Shown here: positions 1 to 12,659 of the stretch, in pieces
How positions within the stretch are numbered: the stretch's first letter is position 1
How the letters are laid out: each line of letters starts with the position of its first letter
Source of the DNA: Isurus oxyrinchus
Taxonomy: Eukaryota
DNA length: 64,000 nt
Reading direction: 5' to 3'
Assembly: GCA_026770705.1 (NCBI GenBank)
Contig: JANJGN010000189.1
Coordinates: forward strand, 372,001-436,000
Made by a program: the position numbers and the translations under genes
Notes under the pieces: model-generated
The model's input: only the letters and a program-made list of their open reading frames with translations
Told to the model about the DNA's origin: nothing
Databases searched by the model: none

Positions 1-1200
1 TTCATGTCCATGTCACTGACTTCATCGTCATTGTCAACAGCTTTACCAGATATCCCGTTATTCAAAAAAAGCACAACACACCAAGCACAACTTCTGCACA
101 CACTCTAAGCACTATTTTCAGTTTCTTTGGTGAACCTAGGGACATGATTACAGATAATCTGGAATATCAATCACACTACTTCTTCTCCTCATTACCCCAG
201 ATCTAACAGCCTAGCTGAATGAATGATTCACACAGTGAAATCCCTAATTCTCAAATGTAGACAGACCAAGCAAGATCCACACATTGCAATGTTACATCTG
301 AGATCAACACCTACAACTGCAACTTTGTTAAATTCATTCATGGGATGTGGGAGTCACTGGCCAGGCCAGGATTTATTACCCATCCCTAATGTAAGAGATA
401 ACCACATTGACGTGGAGTCTGGAGTCACATGTCTGCCAGATAATTTTGTTCCCTAAAGGGCACTGGTGAGCCAGGTGGGATTTCTAACAATGGTTTTGTG
501 GTCATCACTAGACTTTGAATTTCATATTCTTATTAAATTCAAATTCCATCATCTATTATGGCCGGATTTGAACCCATATTCTCAGGATATTACCCTGGGT
601 CTCTGAATTACTCGTCCAGCAACAATACCACTACACCATCACCTCACCTTATTCCATCACTGACAGAGATCATGTTTCGTGTGCCAGTAGTGACCAATTT
701 CGCTACTCTTACCCATTCTACTCTCTCAGAAACCAGAGAGCAACTTTTAAAACTACAAGAGAAGATAAGGAATGTTCATGATAAAAATGGAGGTGCAGAG
801 TTGCCAAGTTTACAGTTGGGACAAGTTCACATCCAGGATCCCACAGAAGGTTCATGATCACCAGCCGAGGTGACAAGGATTTGTTCAGAACCAAGGGGCT
901 ATGGAGTCAAACACACAAGGGCACAGCGGTGAGGTGGAACCGAGGATAACTCAGATCCATTCCCGCTCCTATTCCATCGAGGAGCAGATCCCACATGAAA
1001 TCAGGATCAGCATCCAAGGGTGACAATCCCACAGATCACGGTGAGCAGTTAAAGACACCTCCAGACAAGGTAACCAGCACAAGATCTGGGTGTACCAGAA
1101 GGTTAAATCCACACTTTAGAGACTCAAATATTCAACAGTTCCATGCACTTATGTAATTGCCAATAAACATGAACATGATATGAGAAACCGCTTGTTCCCT
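1..1200 (+). mobile_element. Degenerate Gypsy-type LTR retrotransposon integrase (core and C-terminus), interrupted by a SINE
   Basis: Fragmented frames read FFGEPRDMITDN, HTTSSPHYPRSN-LAE*MIHTVKSLI, AMLHLRSTP, then LQLGQVHIQDP; stops and frameshifts present. Confidence 0.75.
325..645 (-). mobile_element. tRNA-derived SINE
   Basis: B-box-like GGTTCAAATCC on the minus strand near 560-575; a similar copy lies at 50805-51160. Confidence 0.6.
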
Positions 1201-2575
1201 GCCCTTCTCAAAGATCCATTCCTGCAGCAGGAGCCTGAAGAGTTATTGAAAAGGGACTTAATTTATCGGATTGTAGAATGATTCGGAACAGAAGGAAGCC
1301 ATTTGGCCCATCGAGCCTGTGCTGGGCCTTTGAAAGATCTGTCCAGTTAGTCCCACTCTAACCTCTGCTCTCTCCTCCACAGCCCTGCAAAATGTCCCCT
1401 TCAAGTATTTATCCAGTTCCTGCAAGGCTTGTGGCAGAAAGGGCCATTGACAGCGGCAGGGCACTAGAGCAAAGGCTGATGCCACTACAAAGAGCTGTGC
1501 GCTGATCCAAACTAACCCTACACAACGGGGAACCTTCAAGCAATAAGAATGACCATCCCCTATCCCATCAGGAACATAGACATGTGGTGACTGACAAACC
1601 AGGAAATGGCGATGATGTGCATGGCGAGACGAGGAGCGGTGATCGATATTCCACCTCTCACACATATCCTGACGTGGCTTGCCAATAAATTGTGGATTGA
1701 GGTCTTTATTGATCTCTCTGGGCACATCAAATAAACTGAAAATGTCCCAAGGGGTGGGATTTGCTGGCCCCACCCACTGCCAGGATTGTCCGGACCAGCC
1801 GAAAGCCAAAGGATTTATGTCTGTCCCAGTCTCAGAAACTACTCCATCACCTCAGTTCATGACATAACATTGAAATATGCAGAAAGTTTCAACAATATTG
1901 GCAATTTCAAGGGAGCTGGAACATCACACCTGCAGGAGAATGCAAGTCTGTCAGACTCCTTGCATTAAAATAATTGCAATCCAACTTTGCCATTCTATCT
2001 TCTGCCAATAATTTCTCTGCCTTCCAGGTTCATTTGCTCTCTCTTCTAATTTTGGCTGTGCATCTCCCTTTGGTCAACCTCTTTTTGGGATCCCATCCCC
2101 TGCCATGTTAGTTTAAAGCCTCCCCAGTTGCATCAAGGGTAAAATGCCAATTGAAACCAGGGACAACATCAAAGAATGACAATCCCACAGATCAATGTGA
2201 GCAATTAAAGACACCTCCAGACAAGGTTCCCACCACAAGACCTGGGCGTAACAGCAGATTACCTCTATGCTTTAGAGACTTAAATATTCAACAGATCTAT
2301 ACATTTATGTAATTGTCAAGAATTATGAAAATGATACCAGAAACCTCTTGTTCTCTGTCCTTGTCAAAGATCCATCCCTGCAGCGGGAGCCTGAAGAGTT
2401 ATTGATGTGGGGCTTAATTTGTCAGATTGTAGAATGATCTGGAACAGAAGGAAGCCATTTGGTCCATCCAGCCTGTGCTGGGCCTTTGAAAGATCTGTCC
2501 AATTAGTCCCACTCTCACCTCTGCTCTCTCCTCCACAGCCCTGCAAAATGTCACCTTCAAGTATTTATCTAGTTC
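1000..2575 (+). repeat. Diverged direct duplication of ~420 bp (1000-1420 vs 2160-2575) around LINE fragments
   Basis: TGACAATCCCACAGATCA...CAGCCCTGCAAAATGTC occurs twice; ORFs 1258-1809 and 2414-2653 share their C-termini. Confidence 0.8.
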
Positions 2576-3331
2576 CCCTTCTGAAAGTTCCTGTTGAATC
2601 TGCTTCCACCGGCCTTTCAGGCAGTGAGTCAATGGTCTCTCTCTGAGCTGCAAAGTGCTCAGATTCTGTGAAATTTAAACTCTGCAGCAGATCAGAATCA
2701 ATCATGATAACTCAGAATATTTGATAGTTTTACACACAGACAGCTTTACCTTCCTTCTCTCTTTCAGTTATCTTGCTCCCTTATTGAAGTATCTCGCAAG
2801 GTGAGAATGGACAGGAAGTGTGACACTGAACAGCCTGTCTATTCTAGGAGCTGCTGTGTTGTCTTCATGGGAAATTCTGACAAAATCAGCAAAAGACACA
2901 AAATTTCAGGGCATTGTTATCCGTGTCCTAGCATCGGGATAGACCTCAACCCCCAGTTTTTATCCCTGATTCTCTATTCAGCCGATCGCTTCCCTGTCAC
3001 TCACTGACCTACACTGACTCCCAGTACAGCAATGACTCAAATTTCAAATTCTCATCATCGATTTCTTACCACACCATCCCCCCTCTACACTCTCTATCTG
3101 TGTAACCTCCTCCAACCCTAAAACCCTCTGAGATCTCTGCTCTCCTCCAATTCTGCTGTCAGACATGGAGTCAGTGAATATCAGTGAGCACAGGGGTGAT
3201 GGGTGAATGGGACTTGGTGTGTGTTTGTACACTGGCTCACTGCTGAATCGTTTCCCAATCACAGCTCAATAAGAATGATCTTTTACAAAGACTATTAACC
3301 ATAAATCTGTCCAAGCTGACGATGTTATTAC

Positions 3332-3371
3332 CTTGGAGAAGTGACAGGAGGAAGTAAGATTTCCCGATCAT
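3332..3371 (-). CDS. Siglec-like signal-peptide exon with intact ATG (MIGKSYFLLSLLQ, phase 1); whole exon 3413-3332; no V exon follows within the window
   Basis: ctttcag acceptor, CAAG|gtaata donor, hydrophobic leader; homologous to 28458-28539. Confidence 0.8.
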
Positions 3372-3821
3372 TGTCCACTCCCAGATATTTCATTAGCTTC
3401 TGACTCTCAAACTCTGAAAGAGAAAGGAGTTAAATAGACCTCACCTCTTGTCCGACAGCTCTCAAGAGATCAGAACTGCTTTTGGACAATGTCTTGACAG
3501 ACTAATTTAATTCTCTGTGGGATGATAGGTACTCTGCAGAGAGTTACAAGGCTTTAAGAAAGAAAAACATTGAAGGATTTGCATTTCTATTGCACCTTTC
3601 ACCACCTCAAGACGTCCCAAAGCTCATGTCTCTGCAATTCCCTCATCCCTTGAGCTAGAAAGATGTTCTGTACAACAGACTTGAGCCTCACACCCTGATC
3701 TCAATAATCAGTAGAAATCTTTCAAATGCATGAATCATTGGAATCTGTCTTTATAAAGTCACAACATCAACAAAGGACGGTGTTGGTCATGGATGTGAAT
3801 TCCAATCGTTCCGTTACTTAC

Positions 3822-3990
3822 CCAGGACCCGTCCGACTGCTCGTCTGGAGAGGAACTGCCCACATGCTCTGCTTGAGCTGAATGACCTCTTCCTGTGCTG
3901 CTCCCTCTGTGTGTTTAATTAGAAAGGGTGGATGTGTCACTGTGAGACAAAATGAGGAAGTGGGTAACCAGTGAGAAGATCGAGGATGTT
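3822..3990 (-). promoter_or_regulatory. Non-coding exon 1 and proximal promoter of a Siglec-like copy
   Basis: TGG|gtaagt donor and an AAATGAGGAAGT Ets/PU.1-like site; homologous copies at 10.3, 10.9, 16.1 and 27.9 kb. Confidence 0.6.
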
Positions 3991-4189
3991 TTGTGCTCTC
4001 AGCAAAACGTTTACCATCTGATGATCTGTCAGCTCATATATGGGCATCTATAGTCATGAAGCTTCTCCATTGGCTCCGTGGGATTAGACTCCTCCCCCTC
4101 ACCTCGGAGGCTGAAACTCAGGCGATAAGAGTTCCCAATACAGGTCTCTGGCCTTATGATTCATTTCAACGATCCCTGTTATCATTACG

Positions 4190-5200
4190 GAGGGAGTGCT
4201 GCACTGTCAGTGGGACAGTACTGTGGGAGTGCTGCACTGTGGGAGGGTCAGTACTGAGGGAGTGCTGCACTAGCAGAGGGTCAGTAATGTGGGGGTGCTG
4301 CAATATCAGAGGGTGAGCAATGTGGGAGTGCTGCATTGTCAGAGGTTCAGTAATGAGGGAGTGCTGCTATGTAGGAGGGACAGTAGTGAGGGAGTGCTGC
4401 ACTGTCAGAGGGTCAGTAATGTGGGAGTGCTGCACTGTCAGAGGGTCAGTAATGTGGGAGTGCTGCACTGTCAGAGGGTCACTGATGAGGGAGTGCTGCA
4501 CTATCAGATGGTCAGTAATGTGGGAGTGCTGAACAGTCAGCGTGTCTGTACTGAGTGAGTTCCACACAGTCGGAGGCTCAGTATTGAGGGGGTGCCGGAC
4601 TGTGGGATGGTTAATACTGAGGTAGAGCGGAGTAAGAGCAGATATCCTTTCATGGCAAAGTTTAACTGGAATTTATTTAAACAGAGATTCTTGTACTGTG
4701 TGTTATTGCAAAAGAAAGGATTTGAGGAACTAAGTCTTGTTCCCGTAAGCCTAAAAATAATTTTCACTGATTTCAATGATGTAGCAATGGAACCTCCCTC
4801 TTTGGGCACCAATCTTGATTGAAACAACTTGCGCAGCACAGTGGGAGTACTGATAGAGTGCTGCACTGTGGGAGGTTGAGTACTGAGGGAGTGCTGCACT
4901 GTCAGAGAGTCTGTACCGCGGGAGTGCTGAACTGTCGGAAGGTCAGTAGTGAGGGAGGGATACAGTGTCAGAGAATCAGTACTGAGGGAGTGCTGTACTG
5001 TGGGTGGGTGAGTACTGAGGGAGTGCTGCACTGTCAGATTGTCAGCCATGAGGGAATGCTGCACTGTCAGAAGGTTAGTGCTGACGGGGTGCTGCACTTG
5101 AAAAGGGTCAATAATGAGGTTGTGCAGCACTGTCAGAGGGACAGTAATGAGGGAGCGCTGCACTGACGGAGGGTCAGCACTGAGGAAACGCTGCACTGTC
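4190..5200. repeat. 33-bp minisatellite arrays (CAGTACTGAGGGAGTGCTGCACTGTCAGAGGGT) split by ~230 bp of unique sequence
   Basis: Tandem units visible directly. Confidence 0.9.
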
Positions 5201-5914
5201 AGTTCTGATTGTGGTCCGCAATGTCCTAAGTGCATTCTAGGCACTGCCCAAGATTCCGCCTGATGTCTGTGTAACAACAACATCATGTACAAGTCAAGAA
5301 TAATTCTCACTGTGTCAGTGCAGCAAGACAGCTTTGGAATGGCACCACCACTGGCAGGAGTGTGCAACTACAATGTGACATGTTTACATTGGAAATTTCT
5401 ATTATAAAGATGGGCAATGGAATTCATATGATGGAGAAAATGTGACAACATGAAGTAATGTCTTTGAGCCAAGAATTTGGCTGCAAAATAAGAATCTTAA
5501 TCTATAAATATCTACAGAACAGGCTGAGCATTTTAATCACTTGAGTTAATCAATGTAATTTTATTCATAAGCCAAATGCTTCTTACAATCTATCGCAGCA
5601 TGAAAAAGGTGCAGCATTCAGAAAGCACATTCCAATCAGAGAACAGAGTTTAGCAACGGCACATTTCTGTTCATTCCTATTCGACCATGTTGGCTGCACA
5701 CAGCCAGACAATGCCGTGGTTATGATGTGTCCACACAGCAGGACTGGGGAGCACCAGGTATAAGGAAAGGTTTCAGCTTGCTGAGGAGAAGAAGGAGAAT
5801 CTCTCGTTCCAGGTTTCTCTCCGTACATTAAGAAGCAGGCATGCCGATGTTTCATTGCACTCTGTCTGCTGATGGGAGTCCGCTTGGAAATTGCTGTTTG
5901 TGCTGATGGAAAGA

Positions 5915-6530
5915 ATAAGCTTTTCATAAATCGAGGGACTGAGTACAAACACAGGGAGGTTATGCTGAACATTTATAAAGCTCTGGTTAGGTCACAACTA
6001 GAGTATTGTGTCCAGTTCTGGTCTCCTCACTTTGGGAAGGAAGTGAGGGTCCTTGAGAGGGTGGGGAGGAGATTGAGCAGAATGGGTCCAGGGATGAGGG
6101 ATTTTAGCTACAAGGTTGGGTTGGAGAAGCTGGGGTTGTTCTCCTTGGAGCAAAGGAGATTGAGGGGGGATCTGATCGAGGTGTACAAGATGATGATGGG
6201 TTTAGATAAGGCAGACAAAGAGAAGCTGTTGCCATTAGCTGATGGGACAAGGACTGGGGGACACAGATTGAAGGTTTTGGGCAGAGGGGGATGTGAGGAG
6301 GAACTTTTTTACACAGCGAGTGGTAATGAGCTGGAACTCGCTGCCTACGAGGATGGTGGAAGTGGAGACGATGAACAATTTCAAAAGGAAATTGGACGGA
6401 CACTTGGAACTAAACTCACAGGGATACGGGGATAGAGCGGGGGAATGGGACTGACTGGATTGCTCTACAGAGAGGCAGCATGGACTCAATGGGCTGAATG
6501 GGCTCCCACTGTGCTGGAATGCCTCTCTGA
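5915..6530 (+). mobile_element. CR1 LINE 3' end (mirror copy at ~36620-37240, minus)
   Basis: YKALVRSQLEYCVQFWSP and RRLRGDLIEVYK motifs; GGGCTGAATGG tail. Confidence 0.9.
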
Positions 6531-6637
6531 TACGAAGGTGATTCTAACCAGGACACTAACCAGTTTCATTACAACTTAACACAACATCACACATTATTTG
6601 TCCGCACTGACTAACCAGATTGTTGCTGTACAAAGCT

Positions 6638-6777
6638 TCAAACAGTCTGTCGACTTCCTTTCACTGTTTGTCTCTCCCAGACACAGACTCCAGCGATAGT
6701 GATAACCACAGCCACAAGGAATATCACAGCTCGTATTCCCAGGATCAGGATCACGTGCAGAATCTCTCCTCCACTGT
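6638..6777 (-). CDS. Transmembrane/terminal exon with intramembrane Arg: SGGEILHVILILGIRAVIFLVAVVITIAGVCVWERQTVKGSRQTV*
   Basis: ctctag acceptor, phase 1, hydrophobic span, TGA at 6640-6638; AATAAA at 5565-5560. Confidence 0.8.
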
Positions 6778-8451
6778 CTAGAGAACACACAGAAAGAAAT
6801 CATCACTGACTCTCCGCTTTCAATCTCTCACTCTGGCTGAACAATCAAGCTTCATATCACTGCAACATTTGCTGTAATATTGACCCATCCACTGGGATTC
6901 AATGTGGAATGAATGTTTTCATTGTAAACACTCTAAGAGTGGACAATCGGAACTTTCCCCTTAGCGTGGAACATTGGTGAGAATGGATCATTGTGCTGTT
7001 GGACTCCCTGTCCAATGTTTCTCTCCGTCGCTGTGTACAGGATTGTGCTGTAGAAAATTCTGGAAACGTTTAGTGCAGCGTGGAAATCCATCTCGGACGC
7101 GTGTGCGAATCGGGCAGGTTCGAGATGGACTCCCCCACGGACTTACACCCCCCGCTTAATAAACAGTTCCAATCTTTACCCAGAGAGAGGGGAGAATGTG
7201 GAACTCGCTCCCACTGTGAGTGATTGAGGTGAACAGTATCGATGTATTTAAGGGGCAGGAGGGTCGGTAACCAGAGGGACACAGATTGATGAACCGGAGG
7301 GGGAGATGAGGAGAATTTGTTTTGACAGAGCGAGTTGTTGTGATCTGGAAGGTGCTGCCTGAAAGGGCGGTGGAAGCAGATTCAATAGGAACTTTCAAAA
7401 GGGAAATTGGATAAACACTTGAAGGAGGAAGATGGGGGCAAAGTGGAGTGGTGGTTAGTGGATCTGATTGGATAGATCATTGAAAGACCTGGCACAGGCA
7501 CAATGGGCTGAATGGCCTCCTCCTGTGCTGTATCATTCTCTGCTTCCATTATCTCTCCCCCAGTCAGTAACCACTCCAGATCCCTCTTGAAGGTGACAGA
7601 GAATCAGCAACCACCACACCCACTGACAGCACATTACCGAGGATCCCTACTCTCTGGGAAAAGATGAAGTCCCCAACATCCAGCCTATTCCTGCTTCCCA
7701 GAGAGTGTAACCCTTCAGGGAGGCGCTGAGGAAGTTTTCAATAAAATGAGTTATCAAATCTACCATTTGAGAAATAATTTAATTCTGATGATCTCAATGC
7801 TTGTGGAGCAAACTGGGAAGTAGATTTGCTTGAAAAGCTGGGAAACACAAGGATTAAGTGCTACAATGCCACCACTGGTGGAAGGCTGTAACTACAGCGT
7901 GACGTTTACATAGGCAGTCATCATTATAAACAGGGGCATTGGACATATTGGGAATTATGTGCACGGAAATAGTGAGAACACGATGTAATCTTTTCACCAG
8001 CAAGAATTCTCGTACTAAACCTCTTCACCTCTGTTTTAATCTCAGATACACAAAAAAAATCACAGAATCAGATAAGGAGGAGTTGGGACTAGTTCTTCGT
8101 CAAAGGGTTAGGTTTCAGGTACCTCCTTAAAGGGAGAGAGAGAGAGTTGGAGAAGCAGATAGTATCTACGAGTGCCTCTATGCATCTGAGTGTTTGTACG
8201 AGTAATTTCCATATTCTTCCATAAATATGAATGGGAACACGAATCCCAGAATTCAGCCCACTCTCCAGTGCAGTACTGAGGGAGGTCAGGTAACCCATGA
8301 GGGAGTCTTGTGCCAGTGTGTTTGTTTGTGAGTGTGTCTTTGTGTGTGGTCATATATGTGTGTCTACACGTGTCTATTTAGGTCTGTATGTTTGAGGGTG
8401 TTTGTGTAGTGTTCGAATCTGTGAGAGATGTTGAAGTCTGTGTACACTCAC

Positions 8452-8600
8452 GTTCCACAGTGATGGTTATGAACCCCTCCACTGCTCCATGTTCATTCTC
8501 TGAACACATTGATAGTGTCCAGTGTCCCTGGATGTAACGTGAGGAATCACCAACCACAGCTCATTGTTGGAACTTGTTCTAATCATTGGGACGTTAAGAT
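8452..8600 (-). pseudogene. 3' half of a C2-set Ig exon; acceptor and 5' half replaced by ~185 bp of unrelated sequence
   Basis: Matches the 3' part of 34380-34661 with a 1-nt loss; intron homology resumes near 8790. Confidence 0.85.
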
Positions 8601-8926
8601 CTCAGGGCAGGAATCAAGAAGCCCGTTCGCACGATTACCAACAGAAAGTGAACAACAATTTATACTTAATGGGAAGAGAGTGCTGATTGGTTGGCAAGTG
8701 GTCTCTGATAGGTGGAGGTGTTGCCATGGAGAATACTGTGTGTGAGATGAAAAGTTTAGACAGCTTGTCTCTTCATTCAGCAATAATCATATAAAGATCA
8801 ATTAACTTCTATCGACTGTGAAGCACTTAGAGATTACTGAGAATGTGGATACTGAGAACGGGCTGCACTGTCAGAGGGTCAGCGCTGAGGGAGTGCTGAT
8901 GTAGAATGAAGAGTGTCCGTTCTTAC

Positions 8927-9223
8927 CTTGCACAGTTAGTACGAGGGTCCGCTCCGATGAAACAGATGGATATCTCACTCTGCAGCTGAGATTGTGTCCG
9001 TGGTGTTTGAGTGATGGGATCAGGGTCAGAACAGAAGTATAGGTCAGAGTGACACCATGCTGAGTTACAGTGTTTGAGACTGATCCAGGTACGTCAGTGG
9101 GAGTGTCCCAGGTTAAGACAGGTGCTGCTGTTCCATTGCACGTTGCGTTGAAGGTGCAGCTTACATCCACACGCTTTCCTGCAATAATTTCAGCAGGGAA
9201 TATCGTGGGTTTATCTGTGAAAT
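8927..9223 (-). CDS. Siglec-like domain-2 (C2-1) exon, open frame, 297 nt, phase 1-1
   Basis: DFTDKPTIFPAEIIAGKRVDVSCTFNATC...LSCRVRYP...VLTVQ; AG/GT boundaries. Confidence 0.9.
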
Positions 9224-9474
9224 CTAACAGACAGAGAATGGATCCTTTTAGAGAAATATAACGTGAAGCACCAGTTCAAATAGTTATCACAGTCCCACAA
9301 GAGAAAGCACTTTTACAAGGATGATATCAGAACTGAGAGGTTACAATGATCAGGAAAGATTTTCTTGCTCTTTGGCAGTAGTGTTTCTGTCTCTCAGCTT
9401 AATACACGTTCACTCCGAGACATGTGAATTGAGAACACTGGATGAGAGAAGAGGCTCAGACCAGAGATTGGAGT

Positions 9475-9610
9475 TAAAAGCAGAATACTGCGGATGCTGG
9501 AAATCTGTAACCAAAACAAAAATTGCTGGAAAGACTCAGCAGGTCTGACAGTATCAGTGGAGAGGAAGACAGGGTTAACGTTTCGAGTCCGTATGACTCT
9601 TCATCAGACC
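9475..9610 (-). mobile_element. Penelope terminal-repeat fragment with a minimal hammerhead-ribozyme motif
   Basis: Minus strand reads CTGATGA-A-GAGTC-ATACG-GACTC-GAAACGTT; homologous to 11876-11970. Confidence 0.7.
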
Positions 9611-10081
9611 AAAGGTTTGAGTTCACTGGCTTCTCATTTCCTCAGTGATCTGGGTGATTTATCACCTTGTGGTTTGTTGGATCTTGCTGTGCACAAACTG
9701 CCTGCTGTGTTTAACATCTGTGACTACAATTCAGGAATAATTTCATTGGCTGTGAAGGGATTTGGCTCCTCCTGAGGTGGTAAATTGCGCTGCAGAAATG
9801 CACATCTTTCTTTTATCGATACGTCAGACTTTTAAACAGGACAGGAGAGATTGATGGGTGTGGTAACCTGATAATACAGTTAATGCTTTTCATCATTGAT
9901 ATTAAAGTGAGTATTAGACGTTGCTTTAGGACTGAACTGGAAGCTATCATCAGGTTATTGAGAATCAGACAGTGTGTTATAATAAGCTGTGTTTTGTGTT
10001 AATATGTAAACGTCACAGTTTGTGTTATTTCCCATTGAGTGTTGAATGTGAATTGTTGAGTAATTATAACACAGCACTTAC

Positions 10082-10300
10082 CAGAAACGTGAAGCTGGGT
10101 TACAGGATAGTAGCTGTAACTATTACTGCTGTCAAATTCTATTCTGAAAAAAATAAGGTCCTGCATCTTCCCGTCTGATGTTGTTTATAATCAGGGAACA
10201 GTCGCCATCTTTCAGGTCTCCAGACAGCCGGGTACGATGGCGGAATCTTTGATCCCTGTGACTGTGACCCTCGGAGTGAAAGGCTATAGACCATTTAGGC
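10082..10300 (-). pseudogene. 3' half of a Siglec V-set exon fused directly to promoter sequence; +1 T in a homopolymer before the essential Arg
   Basis: IAFHS...RTRLSGDLKDGDCSLIINNIRREDAGPY; 7 T versus 6 T in the 29.7-kb copy. Confidence 0.9.
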
Positions 10301-10500
10301 TGCTCCCTCTGTGTATTTAATTAGAAAGGGCTGATGTGTCTCTGTGAGACAAAATGAGGAAGTTGGTTCAAAGTGACAGAGCAGCTCATGTTTTGAGATG
10401 TTGGTGAACTGTTAACCCTTTGTGTCCTGACCCTGTGATGATATTTCTGCTCACAGGTGGACAGTCATTGACCAGGAATTTCTCCTGTGGGTCAGTGGGT
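10299..10500 (-). promoter_or_regulatory. Siglec-like promoter copy
   Basis: Reverse-complement homology to 27780-27974, including the Ets-like site. Confidence 0.65.
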
Positions 10501-10589
10501 TTCACAGCCAAATTCAGGGGGTCAGAATGTTGTGGGGTTCAAGACCCCATTCAGGGGACGTCTGCCCCACAGAGTAGACTGAAACTCCC

Positions 10590-10855
10590 CAGTGTCAGTA
10601 CTGAGCAAGTGCTGCACTGTCGGATGGTCATTACTGAGCGAGTGTTGCACTATTGTAAGGTCAGTACTGAGGGAGATCTCCACTTTTGGAGGGTCAGTAC
10701 TGAGTGAGTGCTGCACTGTCAGAGGGTCATTAATCAGGGAGTGCTGCACTGTTGGAGGGTCAGTACTGAGGGAGTGCTGCACTGTCAGAGGGACATTAAT
10801 CAGGGAGTGCTGCAATGTTGGAGGATCAGTACTGAGGGAGTGCCGCACTGTATTA
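10590..10855. repeat. 33-bp minisatellite
   Basis: Tandem units. Confidence 0.9.
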
Positions 10856-10914
10856 AGGTGCTGATTTAGAAGACAGGACAATGGATTAGGAGCCCTCAGA
10901 ACTCCCCCCGTGAT

Positions 10915-11000
10915 TTCCAATCGATCCGTTACTTACCCAGGACCTGTCCGACTGCTCGCCTGGAGAGGAACTGCCCACACGCTCTGCTTGGGCTGAATGG
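10915..11000 (-). pseudogene. Orphan exon-1 fragment with donor site, abutting the 44-bp satellite
   Basis: Matches about 27985-28070. Confidence 0.75.
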
Positions 11001-11134
11001 GCCTCCTCCTGATCCTGTGTTATAGGCTCGAGGGGCTGAGTGGGCCTCCTCCTGTTCCTGTGTAAAAGGCTAAAGGGGCTGAATTGGCCTTCCCCAGTTC
11101 CTGTGTACCAGGCTCGAGTACATTAGGAGCATCA

Positions 11135-11970
11135 TTGGAAGCAGCATTTCACTTGCACTTCCCTCAATTTAATCTACTGCCTTCACTGCTCCCAATGTGG
11201 TCTCCTCTACATGGGACAGACCAAACACAGACTGGGTGATCGCTCTGATGAACACCTTCGGTCTGTCCACAAGCATGACCCAGACCTCCCTGTCGCTTGC
11301 CATTTTAACACCCCACCCTGCTCTCATGCCCACATGTCCGTCCTTGGCCTGCTGCATTGTTCCAGTGAAGCCCAACACAAACTGGAGGAACAGCACCTCA
11401 TCTTCCGACCTGGCACTTTACAGCCTTCCCGACTGAATATTGAGTTCAACAATTTCAGATCATGAACTCGCTCCTCCATCCCCACCCCCTTTCCAATCTC
11501 CCTTTTTCCAATAATTGATCATTTTTAATATTTATTTTATTTATATATTTTTCTTTTCCCACCTATTTCCATTATTTTTAAATGTTTTACATCTGTTGTT
11601 GTATCTCTACCTTTTAGCCTATTTCAATCCTTTCCCCCACCCCACCCCCACTAGGACTATCTGTCTCTTGCTCGTCCTGCTTTCTACCCTTAATGTCCCC
11701 ATTAGCACATTCCTCAGATAATATCACCACCGTCAACACCCCTTTGTCCTTTTGTCTATCACATCTTTGGCAACCTCTTCTTTACCTCCACCTATCACTG
11801 GCCCACAATCCAGCTCTACCTGTCCCACCCCCTCTACCAGCTAAAACGTCACCTCATTTCTCGATTCCCTTAGTTCTGATGAAGAGTCATACAGACCCAA
11901 AACGTCAAGTGTGTTCCTCTCCGCAGATCCTGTCAGACCTGCTGAGTTTTTCCAGCTATTTTTGTTTTTG
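11135..11970 (+). mobile_element. Penelope-like element 3' part: GIY-YIG endonuclease C-terminus plus terminal repeat
   Basis: FTCTSLNLIYCLHCSQCGLLYMGQT..RL..R..EH...PVACHFN...LNIEF; CTGATGA motif at 11876. Confidence 0.85.
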
Positions 11971-12650
11971 CTCCTGTTCTTGTGGAACAGGCTTGAGTGG
12001 CTGAATGGAGCCCCTAAAGTTCCTGTGTAACAAGCTTGTGGAGGCTGAATGGGTCTCCTGTACCTGTGAAACAGGCTCAAGGGGACAGAATGGGCCTCCT
12101 CCTGTTCCTGTGTAACAGGCTCGAGGAGGGTGAATGGGCCTCCTCCTCTTCCTGTGTAACAGGCTCGAGGGGACAGAATGGGCCTCCTCCTGTTCCTGTG
12201 TAACAGGCTCGAGGGGACTGAATGGGCCTCCTCCTCTTCCTGTGTAACAGGCTCAAGGGGCTGAATGGGTTTCCTATTCCTGTGTAAGAGGGTTGAGAGA
12301 CTGAATGTGCTCGTCCTGTTCCTGGATAACAGGCTAATGTGACTGAATGGCCTCCTCTTGTTCCTGTGTTACAGGCTCTATGGGGCTGAATAGGACTCCT
12401 CCTTTTCCTGTGTAACAGGCTCGAGGGGCTGAGAGTCTCTCCTGTTCCTGTTGAAGGGTGTTGAGAGACTGAATGGCCTCTTCCTGTTCCTGTGTAATAG
12501 GCTCATGAGGCTGATGGGCCTTCTCCTGTTCCTGTGTAACAGGCTCAGGTGCTGAATGGGCCTCCTGCTGTTCCTGTGTAACAGGCCCAAGGAGGCTGAA
12601 TGGGCCTCCTCCTGTTCCTGTGTAACAGGCTCAGGTGCTGAATGTCCTCC
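11970..12650. repeat. ~44-bp minisatellite (GCTGAATGGGCCTCCTCCTGTTCCTGTGTAACAGGCTCGAGGGG)
   Basis: Tandem units. Confidence 0.9.
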
Positions 12651-12659
12651 TCTCATTAA

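Larger units (their letters stand above)
5280..10500 (-). pseudogene. Activating-type Siglec-like pseudogene; internally deleted inverted paralogue of 27770-37870
   Basis: Same order on the opposite strand: promoter, half V, C2-1, partial C2, Arg-TM exon, CR1-containing 3' region. Confidence 0.85.
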
